A stretch of DNA of 64,000 nt from Saccostrea cucullata (lineage: Eukaryota): contig NW_026921619.1 in NCBI RefSeq assembly GCF_032062105.1, positions 1 through 64,000 on the forward strand. The letters run 5' to 3'. Made by a program: the position numbers and the translations under genes. The notes beneath the pieces are model-generated. The model ran no database searches, had not been told where the DNA came from, and worked only from the letters and a program-made list of their open reading frames with translations. Of this stretch, positions 1-13,573 are shown in pieces. Every line of letters begins with the position of its first letter. Position 1 is the stretch's first letter.

Positions 1-575
1 TGGTCTTTCTTAATCCTAAGTGATTAAATTGTAAAACTAAAAGAGAACATAAATTTATATAGGGAGAATCCATCATCATGTAATACACAGTCAGTCGTAC
101 TAGTGTGTTCTCTTAACTGACCATAACTTTTTCATATTTCAATGAAATTTGGCAAGTATGGTTTTATTTTTCTTGTGAAAGTATGGTCTTTCTTAATCCT
201 AAGTGATTAAATTGTAAAACTAAAAGAGAACATAAATTTATATAGGGAGAATCCATCATCATGTAATACACAGTCAGTCGTACTAGTGTGTTCTTTTAAC
301 TGGCCATGACTTTTTCATATTTCAATGAAATTTGGCAAGTATTGGTTTTATTTTTCTTGCAATGGCATAAACTTTCTAAATCTTACATGATAAGTTGTAA
401 AAGAACTGAAATTTACATGGGGAGAATCCATCATCATGTCATATTCAGTCAGTCGTACTAGTGTGTTCTCTTAACTGGCCATATAACTTTCTTATTTTTC
501 AATGAAATTTGGCAAGTATGGATTTATTTTTCTTGTAAAAGTATGGTCTTTCTTAATCTAAAATGATAAATTATA
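1..575. repeat. ~180-183 bp tandem repeat (3+ units, runs off the window start)
   Basis: tggtctttcttaatc recurs at 1, 184 and 544; the block ggagaatccatcatcatgt...cagtcagtcgtactagtgtgttc occurs three times at ~180-bp spacing. Confidence 0.85.
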
Positions 576-663
576 AATTTCTTGTATTTAGTAATTCTAA
601 CTTTATCAAAGTATTTGTTTATATATATTTTTTTGAAACATTAAAGGAAATGAGAGACTGTTT

Positions 664-2143
664 CCCATGGAAAAGTGAACTGCCTATATAGGCAGTTATT
701 AGACAGTTCTTTAGCAGTTTTACAAATTTTTAGCAGTTTTCAAACAGTTTCATGCAGTTTGGTTTTTACTGCTCCCCAGTAACTGCTAGGGGACTTGGGA
801 GTAAACAGTTTTCCTTAGCAGTTTTTATGCAGTAATCAGTTTCCCTAGCAGTTGTATCTTAGCTGCATTTGCTTGAGGACAAGACAGCTTTCCTAAACAG
901 TTTTGTAAGCAGTATATAAGCAGTTTCCTTGTATAATTTGATTGGGTTCAAGAGAAATTTAATGTTGGGCTCAATGTTCCAACAAATATAAACAACAGGA
1001 ACCCACAACTGACCGCCAAAATTGAATTCTGGGTGCCAATTTGTATTGTTGGACAAAGGTATGCAAACCAATGAAGAGGGAGCCTGCTGGCCACAAGCTT
1101 TAGATTTATTGAAAAAATGATGTAGTCATTTAACAATTGGTAAGTTATACAATATATATGTGGCCTTTAATAAAGAGATAAATTGAATACATGTTCTGTT
1201 CTAATTTTGTTTGAATGGCATATATTAATTACAATTTGTTTCATAATTAATTCCTTTCCATTTACAGACTTTCAGAAGAGGAGTGGGACAAGACTCTAGT
1301 TTGCATACACAAATTTTTGTGTCTCTTTCAAGAAAAACAACTGAGATCAATGGATGATCTATAAACCTTAGCAATTATGATTGATACCAAAAGAGTGCCA
1401 ATTGAAATACTTTTGTGGTTTATATAAGGAAAGAAAAACCCAACAATATACCGGCCTTCAGTGCAATAGGACTGCTGTATAACCAGGACTTAATGTAGGA
1501 TGAAGTGGACATTTATTGCTGTTACTTAATTTTGACATTTTAATTTACCTTCAGTGATGAATATTGTTGAGTTAATTATATGCCCTGGGATATATAAGTT
1601 TTCTAAAAAGTCAGTGAGTATAACTGCATGGTTGTTTATGTAAATAAGATACATGTAAAATTACAGATGCATAAAACAGTGTTTAAAATTTTTTAAACAT
1701 TCATCATAGCAATTTCTGATTGCTTGATTGTGACTGTAGTTATACAATTGTACAAAATACAATAAATTAAAATGTAACAATTGATCTATTATTGCTAAGT
1801 TATTTTTAAGTTTGATCCCAGAAAACATCTTCGTGACTCATTAATATTTATGTGGTAAAGGGGAACTAGATAAGCAGTATACTGGAAGTCCACAAGCAGT
1901 TAGCAAAAACTGCTTAAGCAACTGCCTGTGAACTGCTAAAGTAACTGCCTATGAACTGCTAAGAAACTGCCTATGAACCGCTAAGAAACTGGTAAGGCTA
2001 AGAAAACTGCTTATAGATTGCAAAAGGTTTGTTCATCCATTAGCAATCTGGGGAAGGTTAAGTAACTGCTCTAGGACTGCTTAAATATTCAAACTGTTAA
2101 GGCTAAGAAACTGCTTAATAACTGCCTTCCACTTTGCCATGGG
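664..2143. mobile_element. Non-autonomous EnSpm/CACTA-like DNA transposon
   Basis: Termini CCCATGGAAAAGTG / CACTTTGCCATGGG (13/14 inverted match), ttt on both flanks, many subterminal gcagtt (left) and aactgc (right) motifs; superfamily inferred from the CCC...GGG ends. Confidence 0.65.
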
Positions 2144-3337
2144 TTTCTACTCAAAGCTATACTTAAGTTTTAAAAATTTAAATAAATTATTGAAAACGGA
2201 GGAGCTTTATAGCTGCCTTATAGACATAATTTATATTCAAAATAAATATTAGATTTTATATAGTCAGTCTGTACCTGTATGCGTATTGAATGAATTTATT
2301 AGAGTCCTTGATCATGCTGACCAGTGAAACCTTGAGGGCTATAGGTCTTTTCTTTCATTTTATTTCATGTAAATTTGCTTGGTGTGGTATTTTTATTCCA
2401 TAACACCTTCCAAACGCTACCAGTTCGTCTTCTTTCATCTCTTTTTTTTATGATTTAAATTTATTAATTCCATTGAAAAAGCTATAAAAGTGTTATATTG
2501 CATGAAAGAAGACGAACTGGTTCTTTTAATCACTTTAAAGAAAGCATTTTTCTGGTTTAGGATTGAGAAGCTACTGCATTTACAGATTATTTAGAATGGA
2601 ATACAATGGGATTTATTCCCAAATCAGGGCCAGTGGGCATAAACATCTATAAGTATAATATACTTAACTTTTGTCAGTGTAGCTGAAAAACAAATTCCGG
2701 ATAAATATAACAGTTTAGTCTTTGAATTTTACGCTATTTGTCAGAGTCACCCATATGTTTCTTAGAGTACGACTTATACATCGGGAAAGAAAAAGATGTG
2801 GGTGACAATGGTGCCAAAATGAGGAATTGGAAGTATCACAAGTCATGATTTGATTTGGTCTCTTTCAATCAATTTCAAAAACATTCTTTGAAAAGTAGAG
2901 AAGTTTTTGTCTTTGTTTGAATCAAGTCCATTATGCTACAAACAGCTGAGCTCAAACTAAACTCCATGTAAGTAGAACAACTATCATTACTATGTGATCA
3001 GGTGATTCACGATCAACAGTGTTCAATAACAGGTCACAGGACTGAGGAGTCGGCAGTTTTATCAGTAAAATAGTGAAAACAATAACCTGTGAGCTACGCT
3101 AGCGTAAACAAAGTCACATTATTTTTTACATTGTTTTTCTGATGAAATTGCCGGTCCACTCCAATGTCTTTTTTTATATTCATTTCTCTCCCCCACTTGG
3201 AATATTAGATTAACTTTCAAACTTTTAATCCGTATTTGTTTACTTTTTCACTTACGGGTCAGTCAAAAAAATATAATTTAATTTCCTTCTTATCATGCTT
3301 ATGCCATGTCTAATTTACATATGCAGTGATAAATGTA

Positions 3338-3836
3338 CAGTACTTGGCCATAAGTGAGTCATAATTTTATTTTTCCACTATATATTTCATTAGGAAACAC
3401 ATTTTTCTAAAATATTCTTGCAGTGTCATTTATTGTTTCTTTTTAATGTCTAAAACACCATAAAATGCAGAATTTGTTGTAGTTTCTTCACATTATTTCA
3501 AAATAGTTTTATCTTTATGCATTACCGTGAAATCACAGGTCAAGTGCAAAACAAAAATTTTAAGACTTCAATTTGTTAAGAAATCATAGTAATTTGAGGT
3601 TAGAAAATTTTGTCATGACAATATTTTATGATTTATTCTCAATAGTTTAAGTATCATTTTGTTTATCATTTAAGGTAAGAAAATTTGAATAATTCTGCAT
3701 GTTTCAGTGAAAAAATCATGAAAATTGAACTAAAATTGACTTCACAACAACATGAACAAGTTTTTATGAGAATAGGTTTTTCAATGAAATATATAGTGTA
3801 AAAATAAAATTATGACTCACTTATGGCCAGCTACTG
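3338..3836. mobile_element. Tc1/mariner-type MITE
   Basis: ~54-bp TIRs (cagtacttggccataagtgagtcataattttattttt... / ...aaaataaaattatgactcacttatggccagctactg) flanked by TA on both sides. Confidence 0.85.
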
Positions 3837-5313
3837 TATATCAATGAATTTGAAAAAAAAATTAATTAATTAAATTGTTACAAAGTTGATAAAAAATGTA
3901 CATGTATTGTACTTAATTTATGTTGCAACTCCAAACAATATTTATTTTATAATTCTCACTTGATAATTACAAGCATTAAGAGAAATAATATGGGTTTTTT
4001 TTACCCCACATAAAAAATTATGGGATAATAAACCCCACATTTTATTTTTAGTGAGACGTGGGTTAAAAAACCCCACGAAAAATAATATGGGTTATTTAAC
4101 CCCATGGGGTGAAAAATAAACCCCATGGGGTTTTTGTGGGGTTTTTTGTGGGGTATTTTTAAGTTCATGTTTCCCCATGGGATTTTTGTTTTTGAACTCA
4201 AATATCTCAAAAACTAGCAGAAAATGTTGAATTTTTTTTTTCATAAATCAATTTAATAATAAAAACCCCACCATTTAAAAAAAACCCTAAGATGATGGCT
4301 TTAAAGGAAAAGGGTGCGCAAGTTCGGAAAAATGTCCATTCCGAAGTTGTCCGTCCCACTGTTATATTAGTTTACCTGTTCTTTCTGGAAAACAAGATGA
4401 GGTTGCTGATACTGGCTTATAAGATCTTGTATATTTATTAGGAGGCCTTCTACTAAGTGTTCCCTATATGAATAAAAATAAAATATCATACAATCTACTT
4501 AGATATATATATATTAACCTTTTTAAAAAAATGGGGGTAGTGGCCAACTTTTTCAAAGCCAAATTACTTTCACTTCCAATTTTTTCCTACAATTCCTTGA
4601 TATCACTATACTATGGTAAAAAGTGGGGGGGGGGGCATCCTTTCAATGAGCATTTTCTATAGTAAAGGTAATGCCCCCCCCCCTCTCCTGGCCCCCTTGT
4701 TGCTACGTCCCTGAGTATCGCTGATGCCATAGAATACTATACAAACTAGACAGTGATTCCTTAAATGTAGTACATGAAACAGTTGTAAACATATATAAAA
4801 CACATATGTATTTAAAATCCAGTCGATTTTTTAAAGTATTGTTGCACTCTTACCTTGTGGAAAATAATGGAGGTCTGGGAATTTGTTCTTTTTCCCCGTT
4901 TTTCTAGCTGGATTTTGGATCTGGGCATTGTTCAGCTACTGAGCTTGGCCTCATCTTACCATGCTTACACAGCTTTTGAACAGATGTTTCCGTGGGCAAA
5001 AATGACTTTTGTGTAACGTACGGTTGTAATCATCATCGACCCCATGGAGTAACATGCACATATTAACATTTCCAGAGGATCCAGAGTTTTTTCAGAACAT
5101 GAATTAGTGTTTCAAAGTGGCAAAATAACTAAATGGATACCGAGTCTCTAATGACGCCTCGGCATGTTTTACCCCTGACCTCGCTTGACCTCAACATCCG
5201 CCGCAATGCATTATCGGAATGTACAAGTCGGTAAATAATAATATAATAACATATACTGCATAGGGGCCTACTGTAAATCTCTTAGAAGTGGTCACAGCTT
5301 ATAAATGCATATA

Positions 5314-5483
5314 CATTGAAAACTGTCTAATCTGACACCTGTGAAATCAATCACACTGTAAATTCCAAACTAACATTTCTTCCCATTTTACTAATTTTAA
5401 TGTTATTTTACACTTTCAATCCGACATCCTTTCTACTCCGACATTCATCTCCCAGTGCATGTCAGATTAGACAGGTTTCACTG
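5314..5483. mobile_element. Small Tc1/mariner-type MITE
   Basis: 24-bp TIRs cattgaaaactgtctaatctgaca / tgtcagattagacaggtttcactg (22/24), TA flanks. Confidence 0.75.
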
Positions 5484-6389
5484 TATTCATACATGTACAA
5501 AAGCATAGGTAATTAAAAGTACCGACTGTACATGTTGATAATCTTTTCACAGCACACAGTTAGACCAATGTAAGCATACTGTACTTTCCTCTGCTGATTC
5601 AATTCAAACCATTGCTTACATTCAGTGCATTGAGCAAATTAACAGCAGCAGTGTGATGTCAAAACAGTTAAATCAAAGAACTGACAAAACGCTGATACCA
5701 TTATATTGCGTGCTAATATTGCATTCAGTCCTGTCGATATTTCAATATACTGTAGTTCAAATGACACAACTGTTTTCAGAAAAAAAACCCTGGTTGAGCA
5801 CAGCTTTGGAGTACTCAGTAGTATCTTAAATATAGCTTTTTATTTGTAAATATTGAAAATTTTAATACATGCAACTGCTGGACTTGTGTTTTTAAATATA
5901 TCATGTATCTCCTTGCAAGAAAATACAACCTGAACTGACATAATAAACCTCTTGCACGTAGAAAATAGAACACCGAGCAAATTCGAAACGAGATATACTT
6001 CGAGGTTTCCTGTCTTAACACCCTAATTATTTATTATTTTCTTCCTCAAATAAGTAATTAATGAAATAATCAATTTATCTAAATTGAAAAATCATGCATA
6101 AATTATCTAATCAAGTCTAATACCATAGATTCACATACTCTCGGTCTGCATTGTTTACACTGCAGCGCTGATTGTTTTACCCCTGACCTCAGATTGACCT
6201 TATGACGTGCAAGCCTAGTACAAGTGGTGAAAACATAAGATAAAACATTTTGGTCATTTTATTCAATTCAATTTTACCAGGGTGACCCCCTTGGAAAAAA
6301 TATCCTGGATCCGTGCCCATTTTTTCCTTTTTTTTGTGAAAATTCATATAAATATCAATACAAATATGAAATTTATTCAAATATGTGTG

Positions 6390-6454
6390 GCAGTTGGCAG
6401 TAAGCAGCGGACAGTTGGCAGTAAGCAGTCAGCAGTTGGCAGTAAGCAGTTGGC
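6390..6454 (+). repeat. Short tandem repeat (cagttggcagtaagcag) x3
   Basis: Direct repeats visible at ~21-bp period. Confidence 0.7.
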
Positions 6455-8612
6455 TGTCGTATATGGCATTCCATTGTATAGCAATAAATAAAAAGATCTC
6501 TTTAATTTCATTTTAAATAAAATTTGATTTTAATTGCTTGAAGGCTTTACAATTTGTTATTATTTTTTCCTCTTTCTTGTTTGAAGAAGGGAATAGAATC
6601 AGCCGAGGTTTGCCGAAAGCTCTCGGCCAGTTTACGGAGATGACCGAGCGACAACCGTGGTAGGGCTAATGCCAGTAAAAAGCTAATGTAGAAATACAAA
6701 ATCAAGAAATTCAAAAGAATTATACGGCCTGATAGGTGTAGATCAGTTTACTGTTTAAGATTGTTGCTAAAGACGGTAAGCTTTTTTAAAAAGCTCTACT
6801 TGTTTTTTATCTTAAATCTCAAGTAAAAATAGCGTTGTTTTGACAGAGAAAAAAATTGAACATGCATAGCCCCTGACGTTTGCACGTTTTTTTTTCCACG
6901 TGATCTAATTCAATGCGCGTTTAGCTCTCGAAAATTTAATTTCTGTGCTATTCATTGTGTTTATTTATTTAAACAATAAAATGCTTTATTTGGTGCAAGT
7001 ATGCGGCGAATTAATGTTGCAGCCGTTGCAGAAATAATGCAGAATGCGCATAAGGGGGGGTGGGGGGGTTCAAGGTTATAAGAGTCCTTGTCTAGTTGAT
7101 ACGTTTGTAAAGAACCGTTAAAATCTAATGCCCCTCACACTCTATAGGCCGTAGGTAGAAAGGAATTTTAGTTTGAGCTAGGGGAGGGGGCACCTGTAGG
7201 CCCTACATGATTTTCCAGTTTAAGGCACTATCAAGTACCCACGAATAGGGTGTGGCCAGGGTCAAATTTTGAATTAAAGATTTAAAAAACGTTAAATTTT
7301 GCTAAAAATTAGCAAAGTGCACGTGTTTAGACGTTTACTGTACAAATATGACGTCATCAAATAAAGAATGTGACGTAAAACTTTTAAGTTCAATAGAGAT
7401 AGATAATATTTATACCGTTATTTTTCTGGTTTACTTTAGTTAAATTTCTGAAAAGTATAGGCCGATTGTGCACCTTCGTGGCTCTACTTCTTCAGATATT
7501 CTTGTCAAGCTCTCAATGCAAAATTAGGTAAAATTAAATAAACCATCATATCTAGAATTTTCTGAGGTTTTTGAGAATCAAGAATTTTATTCTCCTACAT
7601 TTTAGTTTCTTTTTCCCCTGTGTTTCTTGCTTATTCCCAAACCAAGTTTGGAGAATTCTTTCATTTCTGCATTAAGAATAATATTGCAAAAGAAGATCTG
7701 AAAATTCACTGTTATCCAAGAGAGAGATGAATTTTTCATTAGAATGATAGTATTATATTGCCACAATTATTTCATAGAGTGAATTTAGTTTGTAATCACT
7801 ACCTTTTAATGTTTTCTGCTCTGTGACAATTGAAGAAATCAGATGTTACAATTTTAATGATCTAATACTGATCTGTAAATCTATAGAACTGGTAGAAACA
7901 TGTTTTATTATTGTGTGCCCTTTATTGCAACTAATATTATTTTTTGGCAGGACACCATTAGATACCATATCAAACATTAAATGTCTATGCAGAAAAATAT
8001 TCATATTTACAACTGCCCTATTATTTTTCAGGTTGAAATTTTATTCTTTGGAGGAAGTAAAATATTTTACCTATTACAACCCAATTTAGCCCCCCCCCCC
8101 CCCTTTACTGTAAACCTTCTAATATATTTCATGTGTTTAATAGATTTTTTATCTTAATGTCACACAATTCCCTCAGGTTATATAGAACTGTCTACGTTTA
8201 TTTGTGCCCATGTATGTGAGTGTGCACTACAAGTACATCCTTATATAAACCTTTCTTATGTCTTCATTTTCTGTGAAATGACTGAACAGATATCAGTATT
8301 TACTGTGCATAGTGTTTTGGCAAAAGGAAATGCAAGAATTATGAATTAATGGAAACCCCCCTTCTGATTTGAAGTTGGTATTTCCTTAAATTTTAGGTAT
8401 AATATCATGACTTACATGTTGTTATAGCATTTCACATGGCAATATAATTTAAAAAAAACTGTTTATCTGAAAATTATTGAATTTACGAATTTTTGGACGA
8501 GTTTGATTGACAAATATTTGCACTTTCACTAAGTAAACTTTATCCTTACAGCGAATTACGAAATACCAGTAAAATTTTCAATAGCTTGCTGGATAGTTCA
8601 GTAGGGTATTTA

Positions 8613-11515
8613 CAATGATGCGCATTGAATGGTAAAATTTTTCGTTTGGATGAAAAGTTCTGAGTCATGTTTTGAACGTCAATTATAACATAATGACACG
8701 CCCATATTTTTAGAAACGAGAAAGAAATATTCGTCGTAGTTTTAGGACACCCCAATCTTCGCGACAAACATCATGAGTTACACTGAAATGGAGCTTTAAA
8801 AAAATTAGAAGAGGGAGTTAGAGACTCTCAGCTTCTGTAAAACACAAATTGCAACGAATATGTACATATTTTTGAACTTATCATGTCTATTGAAGTTACC
8901 ACAACACATGTTTCGGTCGAACACGTGTTTACTCGGTGTTTATTTAGATCCTCAATTTGATTGGCTATTATATTTATGGAAAACCTGCTCTACAGGTATT
9001 TGAATAAACAAATTGACAGTTTTATCCATTTCTAAAGAAATGGGCGGGTCTTCATGCGACAATCAACGTTCTAAAGAATGCTCAAAACGTTCCGTTTGAA
9101 CGGAAAATTTTACCACTTCAATGCGCTTCATTGTACAATGAAGCGCATTGAAGTGGTAAAATTTTCCATGTGGATGAAACGTTCTGAGTCATGTTTTGAA
9201 CGTCAATTATAACATACAATGAAGCGCATTGAAGTGGTAAAATTTTCCGTTTGACTGGAACGTTTTGAGCTATATTTGGAACGATGATTGTCATAAAACG
9301 ACACGCCCATTTCTTTAAAAAGGAAAATTCGGTCAAATGGGTCATTCGAATACCTGTAGAACAGGTTTCCATAAATATAATAGCCAATCAAATTGACGGT
9401 CTACATAAACACCGAGTAAGCACGTGTTCGACCGATACATATGTTGTGGTAACTCCAATAAACATGATCAAGTCATAATTATGGACAAAATCGTTGCACT
9501 ACGTGTTTTACAGAAGCGGGAACTCTATAACTCTTTCTCTTATAACTTTACAAATCTCCATTTCGGTGTAACTCATGTTGCTTGTCAGGAAGAGCGGGGT
9601 TTCCTTAAACATTACGACAAATATTGCTTTTTCGTTTCAAAAGAAATGGGCGTGTCATTATGCTATAATTGACGTTCAAAACATGACTCAGAACATTTCA
9701 TCCAAACAGAAGATTTTACCACTTCAATGCGCTTCATTGTAACGACACGCTCGTTTCTTTAGAAACGAAAAAGCAATATTTGTCGTAATGTTTTAGGACA
9801 GTACACTTTCCGCGACAAGCAACATGAGTTACACTGAAATGAAGATTTTTAAATAAGAAAGCTAATATATAAGCTATATATAGAGTTCCCGCTTTTGTAA
9901 AACACGCATTGCATCGAATTTGCACATAATTATGATTTTAACATGTTTATTTGAGTTAGCATAGCACATGTATCAATCGAACACGTGCTTACTCGGTGTT
10001 TATGTAGACCGTCAATTTCATTGGCTATTATGTTTATAAAATAACTGTAGAACAGGTACTCGATTGAATCATTTGACCGAGTTCTCCTTCCTAAAGAAAT
10101 GGGCTTGTCTAAGTAATACAATGAGGCGCACTGAAGTGGTAAAATTTTCCATTTGGATGAAACGTTCTGAGTCATGCTTTGACCGTCAATTATAACATAA
10201 CGACACGCCCATTTCTTTAGAAACGAGAAAGAAATATTCGTCGTAATGTTTTAGGGCACCCCATTTTCCGCGACAAACAACATGAGTTGCACTAAATTGA
10301 AGATTTTTAAATAAGAAAAAAATTTATAGGGAGTCCCGCTTTTGCAAAACACGCATTGCAACGAATTTGTACATAATTATGATTTTATCATGTTTATTGG
10401 AGTTAGCATAACACATGTATCGGTCGAACACGTGCTTACTCGGGTTTATGCAGACCGTCAATTTGAGTGGCTACTATATTTATGGAATACCTGTTCTACA
10501 GGTATTCGATTGAATCATTTGACCGATTTTTCCTTTCTAAAGAAATGGGCGTGTCTTAAGATAGCTCAAAACGTTCCATCCAAACGGAAAATTTTACCAC
10601 TTCAATGCGCTTCATTGTAGTAAGATCATATGAAGAGAAATCTTCGTCGTGAATGGGCGGAGCGAAGCGGAGTCCATTCTTCATGACGAAGATTTCTCTT
10701 CATATGATCTTACTGACTTAGAACAGAACCTCAGCCAATCAAATGAATGGATTAAAAATAAACTCCTACCACGGCTGTGTCATATATAAGGCTCAAGTTG
10801 ACCGCTCGTTGTACACATCGAGCACGCAATCAATATCGAACACACGCGGTTTCAGAATGGACTCCCCACTCATTCAGATTAGCACGGGATTACTAGTATA
10901 TGAAATAGCTTCAAGTTGATTTATTGGGGAAATGGTATGGTGAAGATATTAAAATTACTGAACTAATGAATACCCATGTAACAAGAATCGTAATATCTAT
11001 ATTTTTGAAAAATGATTGTGTTAAGATGACAAGGCCCTAAGCAGCAAGAGTGCGTGGGTTTCGCTGTCTAATATCAAATAGAAATTTGATGAAAATTGTG
11101 ATTAAATTAGTCTTCAAAGAAAGGTTCGTCTCTGATGCACATGACGATGGTTGTATTTTCTGTATGTACCGAAAGGTAAAAAAAATATTCAAAAAGGCGA
11201 CAAAAGATTACAGTGGGAAAAAAGTGTAGCAAGGCCTAGAAAGTTTAAATATCATTGTAAACAGCACGTGGGTTTTGAATAGTTTCTTTTTGTGTGCTGA
11301 ACAAAGACCAATGAAGACACACCCATATAACTGTCAAGAGAACCAATCATACACCGTTAAATATTTCAGAAATAGAAGAATTCTTCACTATGAAAAATCA
11401 ATTCTTCGCGAGAAATGGAAGCATTTGATTGGCTGAATAAGTAGGTTATGTTCTAAAGATAGCTCAAAACGTTCCACCCAAACAGAAAATTTTACCACTT
11501 CAATGCGCTTTATTG
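8613..11515. mobile_element. Cluster of four ~500-bp MITE copies (TIR CAATGAAGCGCATTGAAGTGGTAAAATTTT), tandem and self-nested
   Basis: Copies at 8613-9133, 9136-11515 (interrupted twice), 9217-9739 (inverted, inside copy 2) and 10119-10617; TA at every junction. Confidence 0.85.
10108..11456. mobile_element. Non-autonomous Crypton-like element with terminal hairpin (itself interrupted by the MITE copy at 10119-10617)
   Basis: Inverted repeat agtaagatcatatgaagagaaatcttcgtc / gacgaagatttctcttcatatgatcttact (10619-10713); internal ttagaacagaacc is complementary to the right end ggttatgttctaa; MITE copy 2 resumes after 11456. Family name is inference. Confidence 0.55.
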
Positions 11516-11762
11516 TATTTTGGTCTGACAAGTATCACATTAGGTTTGAATCTAGGTCGCAAGGTTACTCAGGTGTATCATTAGATTTTACAGGTAAATG
11601 TGAGTTGCTTTCAATGTTGTATGAAGCCACATGTATGTGCCAAAGTGTTCTGCTGTAAATAAATTTAATTTTTTTTTTCTTTCATTGCAAATATTTTTTG
11701 CAGATTGCAGAACTAGTGAATGACACCCCCCCTTTTCCAATCTTTCAAAAGGTATTATTTAA

Positions 11763-12463
11763 GGTTTCGTCAATGGTCAACATGTCTAAAAAAAAATTTT
11801 TACAATAGCTCCAAAAGTATCTGTGGTATAAAGTCAAAACGTTTACAGTTTATAAATATATCATTGATTAATATAGATAAAGAATCACTTGATATCAAAT
11901 ATTTTAAAAAAGATATTTTTTGAGAAAAATTGTATCAGAAAATGTGAAACGCACCCGCGTAATTTTGTCCTTTTTGTGAAAACCAACATTGTAGAAATAA
12001 TAAATGTTTATCATTGAAGGGCAAGTTGGACGTGAATGGTCTCTGAAAGACTGTTATTGAAAGCATGACATGTATAAATACAAAACCCCTATAGAATCTG
12101 CCATTTGCAATGTACTTTCACTTTCAAGTCTTAACATTTTGACAAAATAAACAGGGAAAACAACTTTCCAGAGGCTATCCAAGTCCAACTTGCCCTTCAT
12201 TGATAAACATATTTTTTTTCTGCAATGATGGTTTTCACTAAGAGCCCGGAATTAATAAGGTGTACTTTTTTGAAAATATATGCATTTTTAAGAAGAATAT
12301 TTCTCAATTAATATTGTTCCAAGTATTTATTTATCAAGTGATACTTTTTATCTGTTAATCAATGAAAAATTTATAAACTGTAAAGGTTTTAACTTTACAC
12401 CTCGCATAGGTTTGGGGCTATTGTAAAAATAAATTTTTGGACATGTTGACCTTTGACGAAACC
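11763..12463. mobile_element. Kolobok-like foldback MITE (TTAA target)
   Basis: ttaa|ggtttcgtcaatggtcaacatgtc ... gacatgttgacctttgacgaaacc|ttaa; imperfect inverted arms extend ~290 bp (aagggcaagttggac / gtccaacttgccctt). Confidence 0.75.
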
Positions 12464-12554
12464 TTAACAAAGTCAGGAAGTTAGCTTCCCACTCCAATTT
12501 TCTCCCACCTTATGGGTTATAAATAAACAGTCACATAAATAAAATAATATTATA

Positions 12555-13391
12555 TACTGAACAAAAAAAGAAACGCATAATCAGAATAATATGAAATTCT
12601 AAGTTTTCAGTTTAAACCTTATATTATTTAAGCGATTTTAGAGTGTGTTGTGATAAAAATCAATGTTGCAAATTGAAAAGTCAAGTTAATGTCATTTTCA
12701 TTGCCCCCAAATTCAATGGGCATAACAATATGTACTGTGCAAAGTCTCAATGCTAGTGGGTTTCCAATGTACGGATATCGTGGAGGAATACCGTCTCATT
12801 TCAATCTCTTGCGAACAATGTATGCATTTTTATGCTGATTTTTTCATCCAGCAATTGTAGCAGCAGTTTTTACAGCAAGTTCTGAATCGCATGAGGTGAT
12901 GAAGGGGGGGGGGTCTGACGGTCCTGCCTGGTTGTGGTTACCTGCGGATGGCCAGGTAGTGGTCTTCAGACGTTAGTTTTTAAGGTTGCAAAGCCCAATG
13001 ATTTATTTCAAATACAGTTGCAACTTCCTGCTGTGTAGCTCCACTTAGTATCATCGTAAGCCTGGTTGTATTCATCTTTGTTTGGGCGTGGCATTGCAGT
13101 ATCAACACTGCAATCAAATCTTAAATATGGGTTTAATAGAAGTGTTAAAAGTTTCTCTAAATCCAAAATATCAATGAAAATAGACATCTGATTTAGAAGA
13201 AATCATGAAAAACACTACTTTCATAAACATGTTTAATCAAGGGAGATAATTCAACACTTGGGTTTTAAAACCCCATGTTGTCCTTTAAATAGGTCACAGG
13301 TATCCAATGATATAAAAAATAGTTGTTTCAAGTACATTTTAAAAATTTCTTTGACGAGTAAAACAATATGCGTTTCTTTTTTTGTGGAGTA
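12555..13391 (-). mobile_element. Internally deleted Tc1-like transposon with decayed transposase N-terminus
   Basis: TIRs tactgaacaaaaaaagaaacgcata / tatgcgtttctttttttgtggagta with TA flanks; minus-strand remnants MPRPNKDEYNQA and GHPQVTTTRQDR resemble the Tc1 paired-like domain and GRPR motif. Confidence 0.7.
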
Positions 13392-13573
13392 TAGATAATC
13401 ATATAAATAGCACATATAACATGCATTTCATTAAATTATGATTAAAATCTCTACACCCATTTCTATCAGTCTCTGAAAAATCTGAAAGAATTGATTAAGA
13501 GGTTGAATTACAGAATAACTTATGACTTAAAGACGGAGTATTTATTTAATTCTTTACATTGATTTAATTCTTA

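Noticed and set aside
3990-4290. cccat/atggg-rich quasi-palindromic segment
   Set aside because: Probably a transposon subterminal fragment, but no termini or TSD could be defined
4850-5165. Possible minus-strand host exon ending in a gtaag donor
   Set aside because: Frames tried contain stops and give no recognisable protein; cannot be supported without RNA data
6590-6781. Possible plus-strand 5' UTR exon (CpG-richer, donor ACG|gtaagc)
   Set aside because: Motif-level only; no ORF or downstream exon identified
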